Source of the DNA: Candidatus Doudnabacteria bacterium
GTDB taxonomy: Bacteria; Patescibacteriota; Doudnabacteria; UBA920; O2-02-FULL-48-8
Length of the DNA stretch: 64,000 nucleotides
Direction: 5' to 3'
Assembly: GCA_039931165.1 (NCBI GenBank)
Contig: JBDTSL010000004.1
Coordinates: forward strand, 21,028-85,027
In this document: piece after piece, positions 20,385 through 29,384 of the stretch
How positions within the stretch are numbered: the first letter of the stretch is position 1
Layout: each line of letters starts with the position of its first letter
Program-made: the position numbers and the translations under genes
Notes under the pieces: model-generated
The model's database searches: none
Seen by the model: only the letters and a program-made list of their open reading frames with translations
Told to the model about the DNA's origin: nothing

Positions 20385-21102
20385 GATGCTTCAATTTATA
20401 TTTATAAACTTTCCAAATAAACACCGGCACCGCGTTCCAGATCCGTTTTGCCCGCCAAGGCTGGGTGATCAGCCTCCAAAGCCATTCTAAGCCCATGTGG
20501 TGCATAAAACCGGGCGGCTGAGAACGAATTCCTGATAAATAGTCAAATGTCCCGCCCAGGCCGATCGCCACCTTGGAATTGAGTTTTTTGGCGTTGTCAG
20601 AAAGCCACAATTCCTGCCTCGGCGGAGAGTACGCTATGAGCAGTATATCAGAATTGGCTTCGTTTATCTCCCTAAGGACGGACGCGTCAAATGGACGGCC
20701 GGATAAAGCTAATTTTATCTTAATGTTAGGATAGAGTTTTTTTAGTTCATACGCGGATTGAGCGGCGACATTGTCGCTGCCGCCCACGAGCGCTAGCGAG
20801 TAATTATTTTCCGAAGCCAGTTTGGCAATTTCATACACAAATTTCCTGCCAGTGATCCTTTCTTTTATCTCTGACCCAAGAAATTTCGCCGCCCAAACAA
20901 TACCGGCTCCGTCAGCTAAAGATAAATCGGCGTTATTTAAAGCGTCTTTATATTTTTTATCACTTTGCGCAAACACTATCATCTCCGAGTAAGGCGTTAC
21001 AACATAATGCGAATAGCCTGATCTAACGAAATTATCGATGAGCGAGATGGCCTCATCCTTAGTGACATTATCAATATTAACCCCGGCAACATTTATTTTC
21101 AT
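20377..21102 (-). CDS. WecB/TagA/CpsF family glycosyltransferase
   Basis: ADGAGIVWA, PRQELW, GLGGTFD, GLEWLWRLITQPWR. Confidence 0.9.
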   Translation of the reverse strand: MKINVAGVNIDNVTKDEAISLIDNFVRSGYSHYVVTPYSEMIVFAQSDKKYKDALNNADLSLADGAGIVWAAKFLGSEIKERITGRKFVYEIAKLASENNYSLALVGGSDNVAAQSAYELKKLYPNIKIKLALSGRPFDASVLREINEANSDILLIAYSPPRQELWLSDNAKKLNSKVAIGLGGTFDYLSGIRSQPPGFMHHMGLEWLWRLITQPWRAKRIWNAVPVFIWKVYKYKLKHHG

Positions 21103-21629
21103 GAAAGCAAGGCCTCCAAAAGCGGAATATATTTCGGGTGATGAAGCAAAAGTTTGCTTTCGTAAAGCAAAACCGTTTCGGCTTTGAAACTAAGCTTTTT
21201 CAATTCCTGGTTTGGAAAATTTTCCATTTTACGCTGGCGGTTCATGACATTATCCATGTGCAGATTGCCTAAATTTACATGCGGGTAGTAACTGCGGTCC
21301 TGAAAACTAAAACCGATTTGCCGGTAATCCTCCTCCAGCCTGGCCCGCAGGTCTTTCAGGGCTTGATTCTCCTTCAGAGTGATATGCAACTGGTTGTGAA
21401 CTTTAGCGATCGCTTGAAACTCGACAGCAATAGCCGCCTGGCCATGCACAAAACTCAAAAAACAGCTTTTTACTTTTTCAACCTCCGCATCCGAAAGCTC
21501 GCCAAAATAATTCAACGTAATGTGCAGATTAGTGGTGTTGATGTACGGGATGGGCAGACGGCCGTTCGTAATTTCCTCCACTTGCCGTTTGGTTGTCTCA
21601 GGCAGAGGAATAGCAATAAAAAGTCTCAT
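21099..21629 (-). CDS. thpR: RNA 2',3'-cyclic phosphodiesterase (2H family)
   Basis: MRLFIAI, LHITL and PHVNL 2H motifs. Confidence 0.85.
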   Translation of the reverse strand: MRLFIAIPLPETTKRQVEEITNGRLPIPYINTTNLHITLNYFGELSDAEVEKVKSCFLSFVHGQAAIAVEFQAIAKVHNQLHITLKENQALKDLRARLEEDYRQIGFSFQDRSYYPHVNLGNLHMDNVMNRQRKMENFPNQELKKLSFKAETVLLYESKLLLHHPKYIPLLEALLS

Positions 21630-21890
21630 TTATCCTCCCACCAAAGAATTACTTTGTCTTTTTTTTAACTGCACATAAGATCTTTTTCTTAACTTTAAAT
21701 TATGCTCTCTAGTCCAGGCATCTTTGGCTAACTTATAAGCCTCATAATAAATAATTTCAAAAGGAACACGACTTCGAATCGACAAGATTTTTTGAGAGTT
21801 ATGCTCGTTAAATCTTCTCTTCAAATCATTCGTGCAGCCTATATAGTTTTGGCCATCTTTTTTACTTTTCAAAATATATACATATTGCAT
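21630..21890 (-). CDS. Stand-alone GIY-YIG nuclease
   Basis: YVYILKS..YIGCTNDLKRRFNEHN..YYEAY..A..RE..LK. Confidence 0.9.
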   Translation of the reverse strand: MQYVYILKSKKDGQNYIGCTNDLKRRFNEHNSQKILSIRSRVPFEIIYYEAYKLAKDAWTREHNLKLRKRSYVQLKKRQSNSLVGG

Positions 21891-21915
21891 AAAAATAGCT
21901 TTGGTGGGAGGGTAA
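21630..21915. mobile_element. Putative 286-bp GIY-YIG-carrying insertion element with 17-bp TIRs and AT duplication
   Basis: ttatcctcccaccaaag (21630-21646) and ctttggtgggagggtaa (21899-21915) are 16/17 complementary; AT at 21628-21629 and 21916-21917. Confidence 0.7.
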
Positions 21916-21954
21916 ATCCTTTAAATTATAGCATAATTCTGTTAGAATGGATTT

Positions 21955-22206
21955 ATGGAAATTAAGCGTCAATTTAAGAAACATTCTGAAAAACACCTCC
22001 ACTCCCCTTCTCACGTTTTGGCTGACGAACTATCAAAACGGCTTGCGGACACAAGGAATTTTGGCTTTTATTTAAAAATGGCCACAATGTATGATCACAA
22101 TCTTTTGCGCCGTTTGGCCGGAGAAGTGCTTGAAAGCAAGACCACAAAAAAACCCGGCGCTTTATTTGCCTACTTAATCAAAAAACACAGCGATGAGCAA
22201 TCTTAA
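21955..22206 (+). CDS. Small hypothetical protein
   Basis: 83-aa ORF with an extended -10 upstream; overlaps the def start. Confidence 0.6.
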   Translation: MEIKRQFKKHSEKHLHSPSHVLADELSKRLADTRNFGFYLKMATMYDHNLLRRLAGEVLESKTTKKPGALFAYLIKKHSDEQS

Positions 22207-22675
22207 AATCGTCACAATCCCCGATCCGATACTGACGCGCAAGACCGAAGCGGTGAAAGATTTCAACCCGGCGCTAAACAAGCTGGTCACAGACATGATC
22301 CAAGCCTGCAAAACCGCCAACGGCATCGGCTTGGCAGCGCCGCAAATCGGAAAATCGATCCGACTTTGCATTATCGACCTTGACCACCTCGGCCTGGCGC
22401 CTTTTGCCTTGGTCAATCCCCAAATCAAAAAAAGATCATGGAAAAAAATTGAGATGGAGGAAGGATGCCTGTCTATACCGGGAATATTCGGGATTGTTAA
22501 GCGTCCGGCTAAAATCTCAGTCGAAGCGCAAAATTTAGATGGCAAAAAACATACATTTGTCGCCGACGGATTGGTGGCCCGTGTCATCCAGCACGAGGTT
22601 GATCATTTGGATGGAATTTTATTCACTTCAAAAATGAGCAAGCAAACCTTAGGCAGACCCAAGGACAAAATGTGA
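22193..22675 (+). CDS. def: Peptide deformylase
   Basis: GIGLAAPQIG, EGCLS, QHEVDHLDG. Confidence 0.97.
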   Translation: MSNLKIVTIPDPILTRKTEAVKDFNPALNKLVTDMIQACKTANGIGLAAPQIGKSIRLCIIDLDHLGLAPFALVNPQIKKRSWKKIEMEEGCLSIPGIFGIVKRPAKISVEAQNLDGKKHTFVADGLVARVIQHEVDHLDGILFTSKMSKQTLGRPKDKM

Positions 22676-22680
22676 CCCAG

Positions 22681-23628
22681 ATGCAAAAAATCATCTTTAT
22701 CGGAACAACTGAATTCGGCATCCCAACCTTAGAAAAGCTCTCCGCCAAAGGCGGATCCGCCTCCGGCGGAAAACCTCCTTATGAGCTTGTTTTAATCATA
22801 ACCCAACCGGACAAACCGGTCGGCCGCAAGCAGATCATAACAGCATCCCCTATCAAAATCTGGGCTCAAAAAAATAGTGTTCCTGTGATCCAACCAGAAA
22901 AAATTCTGGATTCTATATCCCAGATTCTTGATTCTGGTCCAGATTTAATCCTTGTGGCGGCCTATGGGCAGATCATTCCAAAAGCTATACTGGATATACC
23001 GAAATTTGGCTCTGTAAATATTCATGGTTCCCTGCTCCCAAAATATCGCGGGGCGTCCCCCATACAGGCGGCAATTCTCAATGGAGATAATGAAACAGGC
23101 ATAACACTCATAAAAATGGACGAAAAAATGGACCATGGACCAATTGTCGCAAAGCAGGTTGTCCGCCTCGCGGGGCTTGAAACTTACCCTGAACTTTATA
23201 AAAAACTTGCCGATATTTCTGCTGACCTGATAGTTGAAACCTTGCCCCGCTTGTTTGAAGGGAAGCTGAAAGCCGCGGAGCAGGTCCATCCACATGCAAC
23301 TTATACCAAGCTCTTAAACAGGGAGGACGCCAGGATCGATTGGTCCCAAAGCGCCAAATTGATCGGCCAAAAAATCCGCGCGCTTAATCCCGAGCCCGGC
23401 ACTTGGACCACACTGGACGGCAAGACGGTAAAAATTATCGAGGCTAAAATATTGAGCGAAGCAAAAATCGAACTACCCGGCAAAATTTATATCCGTTCCG
23501 GAGAACTGGCTGTCAAATGCCTGGACGGCAGCGTGATAATTGAAAAACTCCAGCCTGAAGGAAAAAATATGATGTCAGGAAAAGATTTTCTGAATGGATT
23601 AAAAATCGGAAACAAACTGTTTATCTAA
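22681..23628 (+). CDS. fmt: Methionyl-tRNA formyltransferase
   Basis: ITQPDKPVGR, AAYGQII, NIHGSLLPKYRGASPIQ, MDHGP; start at 22672 or 22681. Confidence 0.96.
   Translation: MQKIIFIGTTEFGIPTLEKLSAKGGSASGGKPPYELVLIITQPDKPVGRKQIITASPIKIWAQKNSVPVIQPEKILDSISQILDSGPDLILVAAYGQIIPKAILDIPKFGSVNIHGSLLPKYRGASPIQAAILNGDNETGITLIKMDEKMDHGPIVAKQVVRLAGLETYPELYKKLADISADLIVETLPRLFEGKLKAAEQVHPHATYTKLLNREDARIDWSQSAKLIGQKIRALNPEPGTWTTLDGKTVKIIEAKILSEAKIELPGKIYIRSGELAVKCLDGSVIIEKLQPEGKNMMSGKDFLNGLKIGNKLFI
22741..22770. repeat. In-frame double palindrome (TCCGCC-NNN-GGCGGA x2) inside fmt
   Basis: tccgccaaaggcgga tccgcctccggcgga, encoding SAKGGSASGG. Confidence 0.85.
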
Positions 23629-23630
23629 AC

Positions 23631-24332
23631 TTAGGCGATAGACCTTCCGCCGTCGACATATAGCACCTGGCCGGTCACAAATTCAGCGTCCAGAAGATAC
23701 AAAATTGCCTTGCTAATCTCATGCGCCCCGCCCCATTTACCGAGCGGCGTGTTTTTAAGAACCTCGGCATTATCTGCATCCGAAAGACCATCCGGCTTTA
23801 AAATCGGGCCCGGGGCGATGCAATTGACCATTATTTTGGGCGCCAGTTCCTTAGCCAGAGATTTGGTCAAGCCGACAACTGCCGATTTGGCGACGTTATA
23901 AGGCAAATAATCTTTATAGGGCTGGGTCAAAACCGACCAGTCGGAAATAAAAATCATTTTGCCGGACGGCATTTCTGCGGCAGCGGCTTTTGCCATCAAG
24001 AAGGAGCTTTTAGCGATAGTATTCAGATTTTTATCCCAGTCAGCTTCCGAAACTGTTGCCCAGGGAGTTTTCGGGTAAATTGCCGCCATATGGATCAGGC
24101 CGTCGACCTGTCCGAAACGGGTTTTCGTCTGCGAAACAACTCCGGCAGTATCCTTCGTTTTGGACAGGTCTGCCTGGACATAAAGTATATCGGACTTAAC
24201 GCCGGATAGGTCCGGTTTAGTCGTCAAATAAGTAACAGCTAATTTTGCGCCTAAACCATCAAGTGTCCTGGCTACGTCCAGGCCGATGCGCGCGACTCCT
24301 GTCAAAATAAATACTTTATTTTTAATTTCCAT
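23631..24332 (-). CDS. SDR oxidoreductase (pteridine reductase/FolM-like)
   Basis: TGVARIG, YNVAK (YxxxK), VNCIAPG, VTGQVLYVDGG. Confidence 0.8.
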   Translation of the reverse strand: MEIKNKVFILTGVARIGLDVARTLDGLGAKLAVTYLTTKPDLSGVKSDILYVQADLSKTKDTAGVVSQTKTRFGQVDGLIHMAAIYPKTPWATVSEADWDKNLNTIAKSSFLMAKAAAAEMPSGKMIFISDWSVLTQPYKDYLPYNVAKSAVVGLTKSLAKELAPKIMVNCIAPGPILKPDGLSDADNAEVLKNTPLGKWGGAHEISKAILYLLDAEFVTGQVLYVDGGRSIA

Positions 24333-24334
24333 AT

Positions 24335-24970
24335 CTAGACCTCAAATTCTTTCCCCAACTCGGGCAAAATCACTTCAATCCCTTTTGGAGGAATTATTGT
24401 TTTATACACGCCGTAAACAAACTGGGTTGATTTAAATCCGCCGTCGTGGACAGGAAAACCTTTTACAGGCTTGACTTCCATAACATAATTTATTGATTCT
24501 TTGATATTAGCCCAAGAGCCGGCAGTCGGGAATGCCAAAACCTCAACTTTTTTCGGAGGAATATACAAAGCGTCGCCCGGAAAAAAAAGTTTGTTCTGGA
24601 TAAAGTAACCGGTATTCAACACCTGCCCGTATTCCTCGAAGATCTCAGCGTGCTTGGTCCCAAAGCCTTCAATCAATATCTGGCCGAATTTCTTGCTTTG
24701 GCCGTCCTCAAGAGTTTCGAACACAATATTCTCGGAGCTGAGTATATTTCCGACAGAGCTGTTTGTTATCACTTTTGCGTCAGGATTATTGGCCAAAACG
24801 GCTTTTACAGATTCAATATGTAAATGATCTCCGTGTTCATGAGTAATCAAAATAATATCGATGTCCTTCAGAACATTTTGTTCCGTGGTATACATACCGG
24901 GGTCGGTCAAAATTTTCATCCCCGCATCTTCAATGATCATGCAACAGTGACCCAGTTTCGTAATCTTCAT
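24335..24970 (-). CDS. MBL-fold metallo-hydrolase
   Basis: LGHCC, TDPG, THEHGDH; start moved to MKITK. Confidence 0.85.
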   Translation of the reverse strand: MKITKLGHCCMIIEDAGMKILTDPGMYTTEQNVLKDIDIILITHEHGDHLHIESVKAVLANNPDAKVITNSSVGNILSSENIVFETLEDGQSKKFGQILIEGFGTKHAEIFEEYGQVLNTGYFIQNKLFFPGDALYIPPKKVEVLAFPTAGSWANIKESINYVMEVKPVKGFPVHDGGFKSTQFVYGVYKTIIPPKGIEVILPELGKEFEV

Positions 24971-24972
24971 AA

Positions 24973-25761
24973 TTAATATCTGGCTAATTCTAAACTTATC
25001 TTTTTCCCGAACCATTTTTTCGCGTTCAACAGAAAATCTCTGTTTAACTTTGTAACGTAAAACTTTCTGTCTTTTCTTTTGGAAAGTTTATTTTCAATTT
25101 CAGGATGGCGACCCAGGTAATCGGCGAGCTTCACCGGAATGATCTCATCCTGGCTGATAAGTTTGATCCCCCGTCCAAGGCCCCTGGCAAACTGATCTTT
25201 GATCACAGCATAGTGCGTGCAGCCCAAAATCAGGTTTTTGACTTTTTTATCATTCACTAATCCCGTGTACTTGGCCACCGCCGACTTAAGCTTGCCTAAT
25301 TGGCCGGTTTCGAGCAAGAGTACCAGTTCCGGGGCCGGCAGCTCGAATACTCTGAGCTTAGGGTTTATTTTCCTAAGCTCTCTGGTGTAAGCGCGCGCGC
25401 GGACCGTGCCCGTGGTGGCCAGAACGCAGACATCGCCGGCTGAGATCAACTCCACGGTCGGACGAATAACTCCCAAAACCTTTCTGCCGGCAAAATTTGT
25501 GGGCAAATATTCTTTCTGGATCTTCCGCAGTGCCTGGGAGGAGGAAGTATTGCAAGCCACGATGACCAGGAGGCACCCCCGGTCAAACAAAAATTTAATA
25601 GCCTTGCCTGTTAGATTGTAAATTTGCTTACGGCTTTTTTCCCCATAAGGAAGGTTTTTTGTATCCCCTAGAAAAACATAATCATACTTGGGAAGCCTAT
25701 TTGCCACTGCCTTCAGCAAATAAAGACCTCCCAGCCCCGAGTCAAAAAAACCTATTTTCAT
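24973..25761 (-). CDS. murI: Glutamate racemase
   Basis: FDSGLGG, PYG, ACNT, LGCTHY; start moved to MKIGFF. Confidence 0.95.
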   Translation of the reverse strand: MKIGFFDSGLGGLYLLKAVANRLPKYDYVFLGDTKNLPYGEKSRKQIYNLTGKAIKFLFDRGCLLVIVACNTSSSQALRKIQKEYLPTNFAGRKVLGVIRPTVELISAGDVCVLATTGTVRARAYTRELRKINPKLRVFELPAPELVLLLETGQLGKLKSAVAKYTGLVNDKKVKNLILGCTHYAVIKDQFARGLGRGIKLISQDEIIPVKLADYLGRHPEIENKLSKRKDRKFYVTKLNRDFLLNAKKWFGKKISLELARY

Positions 25762-25787
25762 AAGAAAAGTATAACATACCGGGAACT

Positions 25788-26288
25788 TTACCAGCCGGAT
25801 GCTCCGGCGGAAAATCTTGCAAAGGTGCAGCTTCTCGATGCCGGATCCCACATCGGATCCGTTTGAGGAATCGAACATATGCTCTCTACGGTGATATGGG
25901 CTAAAATTTTAAAGTCGATGCCATCTGAACGGTATAAATAACATTTGTCGGTGTCCATTGGTTTCGGATCGAGAGGCAAAATTCCAACATAAGTTGGAGC
26001 TAAGTTGGGTATCCAGCCGTTGGCTCCGGTGACACCGTGGCTTCCGTAGGTTGTACAATTTCCCCACCATGTGCCTGCCGTAGTTGGATAAGCGTTATTG
26101 GCGTCATAATAAACCGCCAAAGCCGTCGAGAGCTGAGTGAGATCGGCCCGCCTCCTAGCGTCTCTTGATTTGGCCCTGGCAGAACCTAAAGCCACCAAAA
26201 CAATCGAAGCCAAAAGCCCGATGATGGAGATGACCACCAAAAGTTCGATCAAAGTGAATCCTAATTTATTTTTATTTAACTTTGCCAC
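25788..26288 (-). CDS. Type IV pilin/pseudopilin 3
   Basis: G|[16 protein letters not shown]; probable GTG start at 26288. Confidence 0.88.
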   Translation of the reverse strand: MAKLNKNKLGFTLIELLVVISIIGLLASIVLVALGSARAKSRDARRRADLTQLSTALAVYYDANNAYPTTAGTWWGNCTTYGSHGVTGANGWIPNLAPTYVGILPLDPKPMDTDKCYLYRSDGIDFKILAHITVESICSIPQTDPMWDPASRSCTFARFSAGASGW

Positions 26289-26307
26289 AAATAATCCGCT
26301 TTTTAAC

Positions 26308-26805
26308 TTACCAATCGACAGATGCCGATGAGGAATATCTGGCAAAAACACAGCCTGGTCTGGCTGGATCATATAAAGGATCAGTGGTAGGGACAGGACA
26401 ATTTTCTACAGTCAGATATGCCAAAATTTTATAATCCGTACCATTTGACTGATATAAGTAACATTTACCAGTATTCGGCGGTATCGCATCTCCTGGTAAC
26501 TGTCCAATGTAGGTTGGGGCCAAATTCGGGATCCACCCACTTGCACCGGTTGTCCCGTGAGCGCCATAACCTATACAATTTCCCCACCAAGAACCTGAAG
26601 TTGTGGGATAAGCATTGTTGGCATCATAATAAACAGCCAAGGCCGAAGAGGCCTGATCAATATCAGAACGCCTCTTGGCGTCCCGCGCTTTGGCCCTAGC
26701 GGAATTTAAAGCAACCAAAACTATCGAAGCCAAAAGCCCGATGACTGAGATGACCACCAAAAGTTCGATCAAAGTGAACCCGGCCTGAAAATTTTTTTTA
26801 TTCAT
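26308..26805 (-). CDS. Type IV pilin/pseudopilin 4
   Basis: G|[16 protein letters not shown]; start at 26805 or 26832. Confidence 0.88.
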   Translation of the reverse strand: MNKKNFQAGFTLIELLVVISVIGLLASIVLVALNSARAKARDAKRRSDIDQASSALAVYYDANNAYPTTSGSWWGNCIGYGAHGTTGASGWIPNLAPTYIGQLPGDAIPPNTGKCYLYQSNGTDYKILAYLTVENCPVPTTDPLYDPARPGCVFARYSSSASVDW

Positions 26806-26857
26806 GCATCCCTGACGCACAAATTTGATCATATGATTGTGTTTGATAAATTTTGAT

Positions 26858-27199
26858 TTAAATCAACTCATCTATTTTCGCGGCTAGGATAAAGTCATTT
26901 TCCGACAGACCTCCTACAGAGTGGGTCCACAGCTCTATCACAACCTTGCCATAAGAAACCCGCATGTCCGGATGATGGTCTTCGGCTGCGGCGACGATAG
27001 CCACCTCGTTTACGAAACCCATAGTCCCCGCAAAATTTTTAAACTTGAATTCCCGCCGGAGTTTTTTTCCATCGTTTACTGTCCAACCCTTATCAATCTT
27101 GGAAATATATCTGCCGATTTCTTTTTTTCCAAAAGCCGGCATTCCGCCTTCACAAGGAATACAGCGCTTTTCCGAAAGCTTCGGCATTATTTTTTTCAT
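26858..27199 (-). CDS. phhB: Pterin-4-alpha-carbinolamine dehydratase
   Basis: CIPCEGG, EDHHPD, WTHSVGGLSENDFILAAKID. Confidence 0.9.
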   Translation of the reverse strand: MKKIMPKLSEKRCIPCEGGMPAFGKKEIGRYISKIDKGWTVNDGKKLRREFKFKNFAGTMGFVNEVAIVAAAEDHHPDMRVSYGKVVIELWTHSVGGLSENDFILAAKIDELI

Positions 27200-27230
27200 T
27201 TTTAATGACTTAATTTAAAAAATATTGGTC

Positions 27231-27261
27231 TAAAATAGCGGCAATGATTGCCGCTGTTTTA
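27231..27261. terminator. Intrinsic terminator-like hairpin
   Basis: taaaatagcggcaat/attgccgctgtttta. Confidence 0.6.
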
Positions 27262-27275
27262 ATGTTCCAATTATT

Positions 27276-27710
27276 TTATTTCCAAGTGCCAAGGATCGCG
27301 CCGAAGATCAGAAGCTGCACCAACTGATACGAATTGTTGAGTGTCCAGAGTTTCCAGGATTTGCCTTCCCAGAATACACTGCCCATGCTGACAGTGGCGA
27401 TAAAGCCGAGCCAGCTTATAAAACCTGTCATCAGGCCGGCGTTCAGCCAGGTCGTGTTCATGTAGCTCTGGGCAAAGATAATCGCTTGGGTCAGGACCCA
27501 GGCCATGACCAAAGAACCGATAAATGTCAGTGTGTAACTTTTCATCATTTCTTTTTTCATTTCTTCCTTTTTGCCCGGGCTCCATTTATCCATGCCGACC
27601 ATCTGCATGAACATTTTGCCGAACATTGGCCCATACCACACCGAGCCCAGGACCATGCTGACGATACCGCAAACCAATATAGCCCAATAATTCACAGGAA
27701 CAGCTGCCAT
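27276..27710 (-). CDS. DUF1761-like membrane protein
   Basis: NYWAIL..LGSVWYGPMFGK, WLGF, WEGKSW pattern; 4 TM. Confidence 0.75.
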   Translation of the reverse strand: MAAVPVNYWAILVCGIVSMVLGSVWYGPMFGKMFMQMVGMDKWSPGKKEEMKKEMMKSYTLTFIGSLVMAWVLTQAIIFAQSYMNTTWLNAGLMTGFISWLGFIATVSMGSVFWEGKSWKLWTLNNSYQLVQLLIFGAILGTWK

Positions 27711-27767
27711 AAGATTGCTCTTTTAATTATTTGTCTAACTTAAGCTTAATCCGGGGAGTATTATTCG

Positions 27768-28316
27768 TCAATCAAATTTGAACTCGCGCATTTCACGCAG
27801 ATTTATTTTGTAAACCTCGCGAATGACGATATCAGCGGTACCGAAAACGGCATTCTTCCAGTCAAAGCCTAATTGCTTAGCCGTAGCTTGTATCGATTCT
27901 TCAGTGGGGCCCTCAAACTCAACATATGTCGGGATCTTGGGCCAGGTGTCAATGTCCACAACTACTTCTCCAAGCTTAAACTTATGGCGAATTTTTTCCT
28001 GTTGCCTGTCCATGACCAAGCCGAGCTCTTCCAAAACCAATTTCATTTTGTCCGGTTCTTCCAGTTTAAATTCAATTTCCAAAGTACCGGTAGCGGTAAT
28101 CCGCTCCACGTGCTTGTAAGTAAAAAAGACCCCTTTGGAGGTTTTCCGGATCCGGGCAAACTTTCTTTCCTGATACCACTTCCCCGCCGGGTCATGAAAA
28201 ATCTGTTCGGTGATCAGCTCCTCGCCCAGGTCCGAAGCGCCCAAGCTGCGCAAAGAGCTGATGAGTTTTGTCTTGTCTACTTCCAGAAACTTAACTTCAA
28301 TTTCCCGATTATCCAT
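27768..28316 (-). CDS. CYTH-domain protein (CyaB-like)
   Basis: EIEVKF, ARIR, TYK, EKIR, DIDTWP, YVEFEG. Confidence 0.85.
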   Translation of the reverse strand: MDNREIEVKFLEVDKTKLISSLRSLGASDLGEELITEQIFHDPAGKWYQERKFARIRKTSKGVFFTYKHVERITATGTLEIEFKLEEPDKMKLVLEELGLVMDRQQEKIRHKFKLGEVVVDIDTWPKIPTYVEFEGPTEESIQATAKQLGFDWKNAVFGTADIVIREVYKINLREMREFKFD

Positions 28317-28468
28317 TAAAGCTGTTCGGTTACTACTCCTTCGTGTTTGCCGTCTTTACAAGTGCAAACTCTCATTGGCTGGCCGTTCAGATGACAACCT
28401 TCAGTATCGCAGCTCTTCGGACCCGATGAAACCACACCGCATGCGGGACAGACATAATGATTTTCCAT
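28316..28468 (-). CDS. 50-aa Cys/His-rich putative metal-binding protein (missing from ORF track)
   Basis: MENHYVCPACGVVSSGPKSCDTEGCHLNGQPMRVCTCKDGKHEGVVTEQL; TAATG overlap with the CYTH gene. Confidence 0.75.
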   Translation of the reverse strand: MENHYVCPACGVVSSGPKSCDTEGCHLNGQPMRVCTCKDGKHEGVVTEQL

Positions 28469-28520
28469 AAAATTTGCTTGCAAATTTTACCCCGACCACA
28501 GCGTCGGGGTAAATAGTTAA

Positions 28521-29285
28521 TTATTTGATTTCAAAAGTAATGCTAACCGTAGCCGTGACGTCCTGGCTTCCGGGTTCGATCGTCGGGGCAACGGACTTCA
28601 CGTCAGAGCCTCCACCTCCCATGCCAGTGGCATAAGGCATAGGTGTCGGATAGCCGGCATTGTTCTCGGAAATACTGACGATCCTGCCGAGTTTCAGCCC
28701 GGTGGCGTCTGCCAGCTCCTGAGCTTTTTGTTTGGCCTTATCGATGGCCTGTTTGCGGGCAACTTGCTTAAGGTTGTCCGGGTCATCAAAACTGAACTGC
28801 ACTCCCTGGATCTGATTGCCCCCGCTGAGCACGGCGCCCGCCAAAATCTTGCTCAGGTTATCTGTTGATTTATCGACTCCATGAACTTTTACGCTTATGC
28901 TTTGACTTCCTTGGTAGCCATTTATGGTATTTTTACCATTCTGATAATCATAACTTGGATAAACGCTGAAGTTAGAGGTGGTTATATCTTTTGAAGCAAT
29001 TCCCTGCTGTTTAACAAAATCCGTGATCTTATTCGCTTTGAGGGTCATGTCATCCTGGACTAGCTTGGCCGTCGTTGAGCTAGAAACCACTCCTACATTA
29101 ATGGTTGCCAGATCGGGCGTGGCGGAAGCCTTGCCTTCAGCAGACATCGAAATCGTGTTTTTCGGCTGTGAGGGCCTGAAATCCTGAGAAACGGTATACC
29201 CCTTTTCCAAAACCACTAAAACTAAAAAAATTCCAAGCAAGATCGCCAAAGTTTGCCAAAGCCAGGGCTTAATATTGGTTTCCAT
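28521..29285 (-). CDS. SIMPL/DUF541-domain protein
   Basis: TM anchor, EGKASATPDLATINVGV, AKQKAQELA, PGSQDVTATVSITF. Confidence 0.88.
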   Translation of the reverse strand: METNIKPWLWQTLAILLGIFLVLVVLEKGYTVSQDFRPSQPKNTISMSAEGKASATPDLATINVGVVSSSTTAKLVQDDMTLKANKITDFVKQQGIASKDITTSNFSVYPSYDYQNGKNTINGYQGSQSISVKVHGVDKSTDNLSKILAGAVLSGGNQIQGVQFSFDDPDNLKQVARKQAIDKAKQKAQELADATGLKLGRIVSISENNAGYPTPMPYATGMGGGGSDVKSVAPTIEPGSQDVTATVSITFEIK

Positions 29286-29384
29286 GAGTGTTTGAGGTTA
29301 ATAATGCTTATTATAGCAAAAATAAATAGCAACCAAAAATCCCGATCTGCGCGCGGGCGTTTCTGAGTTTTCAGGGTAGAAAGT

